64,000 nt of DNA. It comes from Camelus ferus (Eukaryota). Each line of letters begins with the position of its first letter. Position 1 is the stretch's first letter. Of this stretch, positions 58,444-64,000 are shown one piece after another. The stretch spans positions 101,930,001-101,994,000 of the forward strand of contig NC_045697.1 of assembly GCF_009834535.1 (NCBI RefSeq), in the 5' to 3' direction. The notes under the pieces were generated by a model, which made no database searches, was not told where the DNA came from, and was given only the letters and a program-made list of their open reading frames with translations. The position numbers and the translations under genes were made by a program.

Positions 58444-59283
58444 GCTGACCCTCGGATTGGAGTTTCTTCTAGTCCTTGGACGATATGACTGTGGACACAG
58501 AAAATCATAAGCACACAAACAGAAGTTTAGTGAAATGATTTCGTATTTGTTGATTTTATATAAACACACGCACACGTAACTGATCCGTTCTTATTCAGAC
58601 TGGCTTAAAAAAGAAGGGGAAACTCAGGAACACTAAGGGTCTCCAATGGCCAGCCGGCTGGGGAGAGCTGACGAAGGGGTGTCTGGACGCAGGGCACCAA
58701 CATTTATTAGGGCCCCAAATTGTTACATGGCTCTAGTTTGGTTTTTTGTTTGTTTATCTTTTTGTTTGGGTTTTTTTTTTTCTTTTACAAACTAGAGATA
58801 TAAACCTTTATTTCACAGCTTTGTCATAATTCACTTTCTAATGAGACGTATTGGGGACATAGTTTAAAACACTGGGAAAGCTAGATGCTGGGTGTCTCCA
58901 GGCAGGAGCAAAGATGTGGCCACTCCAGGGCCAGTGTGTTCCTAAGGCTTCAGGCAGCATGGGCCAGATGCACTAGTGTTGTCCAACCCCAGTTTTACTT
59001 AGGGTTACCTCCTTTTGGAGGTAGCTCTCTATTCTTCCAAATGAGTTCATGCCTGTAAGTAATAGAACATATTCCAAAAGGGAGCTCCCCCAAGATGTGC
59101 AGCGTAATCAAAAAATTTCCATCCCAGGATCAGTCCTGCTGTATCTATGGCAACAAGGGCTTTAGGGCATCCCCTGCCATGAACGTGAACACTGGAAGGA
59201 AGATAATGGCGAGCTGGTAATCGGATATTGGGCCCTTACACACACTGTCTCAGGAGTGTTCCATCTTAGAGAAAGCCTCACAG

Positions 59284-59340
59284 GCTGACACCAGGCACAC
59301 GCTGTGTGGCCAGAAAGTGGCTCTTCCTTCGGTTTAACAC
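59284..59340 (-). pseudogene. Decayed FREM2-like exon E remnant (5' part)
   Basis: After an acceptor-like cctgttacag: VLNRRKSHFLATQRVPGVS versus FREM2 VLNLVQSYVTLRVPLYVS. Confidence 0.35.
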
Positions 59341-59439
59341 TCCCTGTAACAGGTGCAAGAGCTGTGGCTTTCAAGGCTCCTCCTCGGTCAATATATTCCT
59401 GGCAGCATTGTGTCTGCTTGAGTTAAAGAACTTAATTCA

Positions 59440-59492
59440 ATTGTAAATACTTGTACAATCTGAAATAATCTCTCATATAGATATATTATGTG

Positions 59493-59553
<61 letters not shown>

Positions 59554-59732
59554 GCTTTCTATTAAAGCAGACATTAGAAATATGTTGATCCTGACACTGG
59601 AAGGGCAATATTGATCATCTTTAAAAACTGTCTGGTGACACAGATCTCACAGCACTTGGGGGCACGATTACATCTGGTTTTTATTTCCGTGCAGTACAGT
59701 GAGGAGGCACAGAATGAACTGGACAACTTGAC
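59440..59732 (-). pseudogene. Heavily decayed FREM2-like exon D remnant
   Basis: ctacag acceptor, then patches CASSLYCTEIKT / APKCCEI / QY-ALPVSGST / EIISDC in the order of FREM2 CSNLLDYTEVKT / ATKNPEI / QYSLSIRGST / ELLADC. Interrupted by (AT)28. Confidence 0.4.
59495..59550. repeat. (AT)28 microsatellite
   Basis: 56 nt of uninterrupted AT. Confidence 0.95.
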
Positions 59733-59739
59733 CTGTAGA

Positions 59740-59950
59740 ATCACAGTGAGTTGCGATCTTGACTCATGAGCTTGGACAAACCCTCTAACATCTTGGAACC
59801 TTAGTTCCATTACCTGTAAAACAGTTCTTTCACCTGAAGTTAGTAATACAAGCCAGACAGGAAATGTGTGAGGACGAAATGAAAAGGTGTGGGAAGCACT
59901 TACCACAGTTCCTGGCTGATGGTGAACTCAAAATAAATGCAAGAACTTAT
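59740..59950. mobile_element. MIR SINE
   Basis: gagcttggacaaaccctctaacatcttggaaccttagttccattacctgtaaaac...gtgtgggaagcacttaccacagttcctggc. Confidence 0.65.
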
Positions 59951-60140
59951 TATTATACGTTCCTTTTCATGCGGCTGTAGGGACCAGTTTACAAAATCTA
60001 TAACATTTTGGAAACTTTTGGAAAGTTAAAAAAAAATCTATCTTCCATCTGTCTCTTGTTATTACAATACAATAAAATGCAAAGTGTATGCTTAAGAAAA
60101 TCCATCTCCCCAAATCTAGTTTAATATACGCTTAGATACT

Positions 60141-60250
60141 TATTTTTGTTTGTTTGTTTTATTTTTTTTCAGTGGAGGTACTGGGGATTGAACTCAGGGC
60201 CTCATGCATGGTAAGCATGCGCTCTACCACTGAGCTATATACCCTCTCCC
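60141..60250 (-). mobile_element. Full-length tRNA-Ala-derived SINE (Vic-1-like) with TSD
   Basis: Reverse complement gggagagggtatatagctcagtggtagagcgcatgcttaccatgcatgaggccctgagttcaatccccagtacctcca plus A-rich tail; cttagata at 60131-60138 and 60255-60262. Confidence 0.85.
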
Positions 60251-60422
60251 TGCTCTTAGATATTTTACATAAATTTATTTACATAAATCAGATGTTATAT
60301 TATTTCAGTGATGAAGAATGAAGGTGACATGGACCAACCTCTGTAGGTTTGAGCAGTAAGTTTCTCTTGTCATTAAGGAGCCCTCGTGCCAAGGGAGTTC
60401 CTTTTGGGAGACGTTCACTCAC

Positions 60423-60686
60423 CATCCTCTTTGTCTGACAACTGGACTCAGCAGCTCAAGTCCCACATCACCACTGGCAGTGATGGCTTGGAAACAGATG
60501 GGATTGCGTGTGATGGATTTCGTGTCCATGAAGAAAGTATTGAAGTCCGTCCACTTCCTGCATGGGGCTGGCAACCCCGTCCCTGCTGCCGGGAGCCTGG
60601 ATCCAGAGGGTAAGGGTGTCACCAGTGCTCTCAGTCGAGCAGATGGCTCCTATCTTCTCATAGTTGGAGGATTTGGGATTACAAGC
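60423..60686 (-). pseudogene. FREM3: Fossil FREM2-like exon B, frameshifted with deletions
   Basis: ttttag|ACNPKSSNYEKIGAICSTESTGDTLTLWIQAPGSRDGVASPMQEVD-[GGAC duplication]-FNTFFMDTKSITRNPICFQAITASGDVGLELLSPVV...|gtgagt. Resembles FREM2 ACNPKYSDYDKTGSICASE...DGVTSPMREVDFDTFF...GDEGLELMSPIV. Confidence 0.85.
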
Positions 60687-61252
60687 CTAAAATGAGACCA
60701 AAAATGGGGGCAAGAGATGCACTGTTTTAGTTCATGTCTGTGTGGACCAAACGTTTCTACTGACAGCAGCTCTGACCGCCAAAAGACTGAACACACGTCA
60801 CCCTGGGATGCTGAGCAAAATGTGGTTAAAGTTTGTGGCTTGTCTTAGCAAGGCACATTTTCTGTTTCACCCCATACCAGATTTGTTTTCATTAAAATGT
60901 TTCAAACGCGTATCACTAACGCTTGAAGAAGAGATGCCTTGTTTCCGTTTTGATCTGGTTTGACACATGCCTGTCACAGTCAGCTGCCTGCTGGGAAACA
61001 CCCCTACTTCCATTTGGGAAGAATCAGTATCCACAGCTTGAAATGCCAGGGGACACCAAGGTCAGAGGTTTGAAAGGAATCGAGCCCTAAAGGATTTCTG
61101 ATTATAGAAAAATCAGGGTAGCCTAGGCCAAGAGGCTGACAGATTTTGTCTACGTCAGAGCTGTGGTGCCTGTTGGCTGGGAGGGCAAGTGAACATGCTG
61201 AGGGCTGATGCGTGCTGGGGTTGAGCAGAGGACTGAAAAAAATGTGTCCTGC

Positions 61253-61407
61253 CGTCACACACGCAAGTGCGAAACCAGTGGGAGGGCTTCTGTTGTTTTT
61301 GGTAGCAGGTATGCTATCGTACGTGAGTGGAGACACCACTTCGGGCAGAGCTGGAACGGTGACATCTCTGACACTGTTTTTTCAATGTACACAATGGCTT
61401 TGGCTAC
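61253..61407 (-). pseudogene. FREM3: Fossil FREM2-like exon A (ancestral FREM3 3' region), frameshifted
   Basis: Minus strand tttcag|VAKAIVYIEK-[frameshift in A6 run]-NSVRDVTVPALPEVVSPLTYDSIPATKNNRSPPTGFALACVT|gcagga. Resembles recalled FREM2 LTKAIVYIEEMSSMADVTFPSVPQIVSLLMYDD...SGYPVICIT. Confidence 0.8.
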
Positions 61408-61704
61408 CTGAAACAGAGACACACAAGTGTGACTTCAAAAACAGCAAAATGGGCAAAATGTGGCCCTAGTATGTTGCTATATTTTTTATTAAATCGTACC
61501 AGTGTTCTGCTCTGGGATGTTTACTGACGATCCTGAAGTGACTGTACCAATCGAAGAACCCATCATCCTTCTTTTATTACATCATTTGTCCCTTTGATTT
61601 TCAGAGCCAGATGCAGAATTCCTACCTCGTAATGTCCTCGTAATGTCGATCACCTGAGCTTCTGCAGAGTCAGAGGCCCACAGGTCCTGAAGAGGTTGTC
61701 CATC

Positions 61705-62170
61705 CAGTTCACTTGTGAGTTGGTTATTTTCTGTCCATCTCCTCCAGATCTATCATCCCTGCTTCTCTCATGTCCCGGAAGGTGACCCCAGTGGGCCAGG
61801 ACACCTGGGCTCCCCTCCGTCTGGCTTCCTGTTGGGCCTGGCCAATGGGAGATGCCAGAGGAGAGCAGAGAGCTCAGGACACCACCTCCTCTGGCTGGCT
61901 CGCACCTACAGTGTCTACTGGGTGGCTCTTTTCTCCACAGGGTTCCAGCCATTGTCCTTCCCAGATTCTGGTCACAGAGCTCTGTCCTTGCCTTTTCAGG
62001 CCTCGTGGTGGTAATGGCTCCTGACTCCCGCTGGTCCCTCGGTGCTTCTTTGCCCCTCTTGGCTCCTTTAATCTTGCCTGCACCTCTGCAGTAGCACCCT
62101 CATCACATACTCTTCAGGTGCACACTTTTGAGTGTGCCGTTGCTTTCCCGCTGCGACCCTGGCCTGAGAA
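61705..62170 (+). mobile_element. Old ERVL-type LTR (LTR33-like)
   Basis: 3' end tttgagtgtgccgttgctttcccgctgcgaccctggcctgaga resembles the LTR33-class terminus. Confidence 0.5.
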
Positions 62171-62474
62171 AAATTCCTTTTGGCAGGATAGCACTTTGAT
62201 CACACACTTGGAGTCATCAATTTATTTGCCCATTTACTCATGGTCTTCGGACCTTCCTTTGTGTTAGGTCTGGTGTTGGGTGATAGACATAAAAAGAGTT
62301 ACATGATACAAAATCACTTTTTCTTTTACTGAAGATGTTATAGGAAATTAGAATACGTGATCTGTGTCAAATCGTTTATGCAGGTACTATTAATATCCAC
62401 AGTAAGGGAAGATGCACAATGTGGAGCATGCCAATCTCATCTTCTTACAGCACTGTCACGTCCACAGCACTCAT

Positions 62475-63040
62475 TTTTTTTAATATATATTTTTATTGAA
62501 GTATAGTCAGTTTACAGTGTTGTGTCAATTTCTGGTGTACAGCACAATGCTTCAGTCACACATAAACATACATATATTCATTCTGATATTCTCTTTCACA
62601 AGTTACTGCAAGATATTGAATATAGTTCCCTGTGCTATACAGTATGAGCTTGTTGTTTATCTATTTTATATATAGTAGTTAGTATCTGCAAATCTTGAAC
62701 TCCCAACTTATCCCTTCCCATCCACTTCCCTCCTGGTAACTGTAAAAGTTTATTTTCTATGTCTGTGAATCTGTTTCTGTTTTGTAAATAAGTTTGTCTT
62801 TTCTTTTTTTTTTATATTCCACATACATGTGATATCATGTGGTATTTTTCTTTCTCCTTCTGGCTTACTTAACTTAAAATGTCATTCTCCAGGTCCATCC
62901 ATGTTGCTGCAAATGGCATTATTTTATTATTTTTATGGCTGAGTAGTATTCCATTGTATAACTATACCACAAGTTCTTTATCCAGTCATCTGTCAACAGA
63001 CATTTAGATTGTTTCCATGTCTTGGCTATTGTAGATAGTC
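62475..63040 (-). mobile_element. LINE-1 3' end, antisense, same young family as 52335-55335
   Basis: ttttattgaagtatagtcagtttacagtgttgtgtc... is the reverse complement of 54790-55325-type sequence. Confidence 0.9.
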
Positions 63041-63479
63041 ACACCATTAATTTTTTTACATCAGTAAAATATTTTTTCATGCATTTTAAAATTTAAAGAA
63101 CAAATAGATCAAACAATAGTTAAAAACAATAAGTAAACTTCTAAATCTCTAGAGACGGGTTAAGAACAGTTTTAATTAATTAAACTTTTGGTTAATAGAG
63201 AGAAACCACATGAATCACCAATTTTGAAAGGAAGGCAACATAACAAAATATTCTTAACACAAAATACTGGTAGAATTTCTTTTGGTTACAATTTTGAACT
63301 CAAATTCCTGGTTTACCATTACAAATGTGATGTCTGAAAACCAGGGGATACTCACATGCAAGTTTTTCCATTGAAAAGACACAAGGAGCCACTTAATTAT
63401 AGAGGATTCAAGAGTTGGGAAATGCCCTCAAAAGTTAATGTCCATTGACCATACATGATTACCAGAACTGCAAAAGTTA

Positions 63480-64000
63480 AAAGGTTATGTGTGAGACAGT
63501 TCCTCAAAATGTTAGCCATAGAGCTCTCATATGATCTCGTAATTTCTCTCCAGGTATCTACTCAAGAGGAATGAAAACATACGTCCATGCAAAAACTTGT
63601 ACACAGCAGCATTATTCATAATAGCCCCAAAGTAGAAACAACCCAAACATCAACTACTGAATAAATAACACGGTATAGCCATAAAATGGAATATTATTTA
63701 GCCATAAAAGGAATGAAGTACTGATATGTGCTACAACGTAGATAAACCTTGAAAACATTATGCTAAATGAAAGAAGTCAGTCACATATGAAATCTATATT
63801 GTATGATTTCATTTATAAGAAGGCTCCAGAATACTCAAATCTCTAGAGATACAAAATAGATTAGTGGTCACCTAAGTCTGGGGGCAGGGGGGTGGCTGGG
63901 AAGAAATGAGGAATAACTGTAAATGGGTATGGGCTTTCCTTATGGGGTGATGAAATTGTTTTAAAATTTGTGTGATGGTTGCACAACTCACTGAATATAT
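63480..64000 (+). mobile_element. Older LINE-1 (L1MB/MC-like) 3' fragment, running off the window end
   Basis: cagcagcattattcataatagccccaaagtagaaacaacccaaa...aatggaatattatttagccataaaaggaatgaagtactgat...aaccttgaaaacattatgctaaatgaaagaagtcag. Confidence 0.8.

Noticed and set aside
60172..60250. tRNA-Ala-like sequence on the - strand
   Set aside because: It has an A-rich tail, a TSD, an altered 5' end and further degenerate copies in the window, so it is a SINE rather than a tRNA gene.
61495..61620. Possible further FREM-like exon upstream of exon A (TV-HF, NIPE patches, donor-like gtacga)
   Set aside because: Similarity too sparse to separate from chance without a profile alignment.
63350..63420. 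Minus-strand GTGAGT donor preceded by a GS...NG patch, candidate Calx-beta exon end
   Set aside because: No convincing peptide match.

Overview
Mammalian genomic DNA, most likely a camelid (tRNA-Ala-derived Vic-1-like SINEs and a recurring young L1 3' end). The window holds the complete SMARCA5 (SNF2H, ISWI-family chromatin remodeller) gene on the + strand. It has a CpG-island promoter at about 10.5-12.5 kb and 24 coding exons from 11369 to 43700, all with GT-AG introns, summing to 3159 nt = 1052 aa + stop. The 3' UTR carries a miR-99/100 seed site and two pairs of AATAAA signals. Upstream (1-10 kb) is a mosaic of old L1, L2, MIR and LTR fragments. The most interesting signal lies downstream on the - strand (about 45.1-61.4 kb): an ordered, splice-site-flanked series of decayed exons resembling the C-terminal part of FREM2. 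In mammals the paralogue FREM3 lies tail-to-tail with SMARCA5 and encodes a protein lacking that C-terminal part. These exons are therefore best read as the fossil 3' end of ancestral full-length FREM3, interrupted by an ERV remnant with a nested L1. All protein and repeat comparisons are from memory; no search was run.
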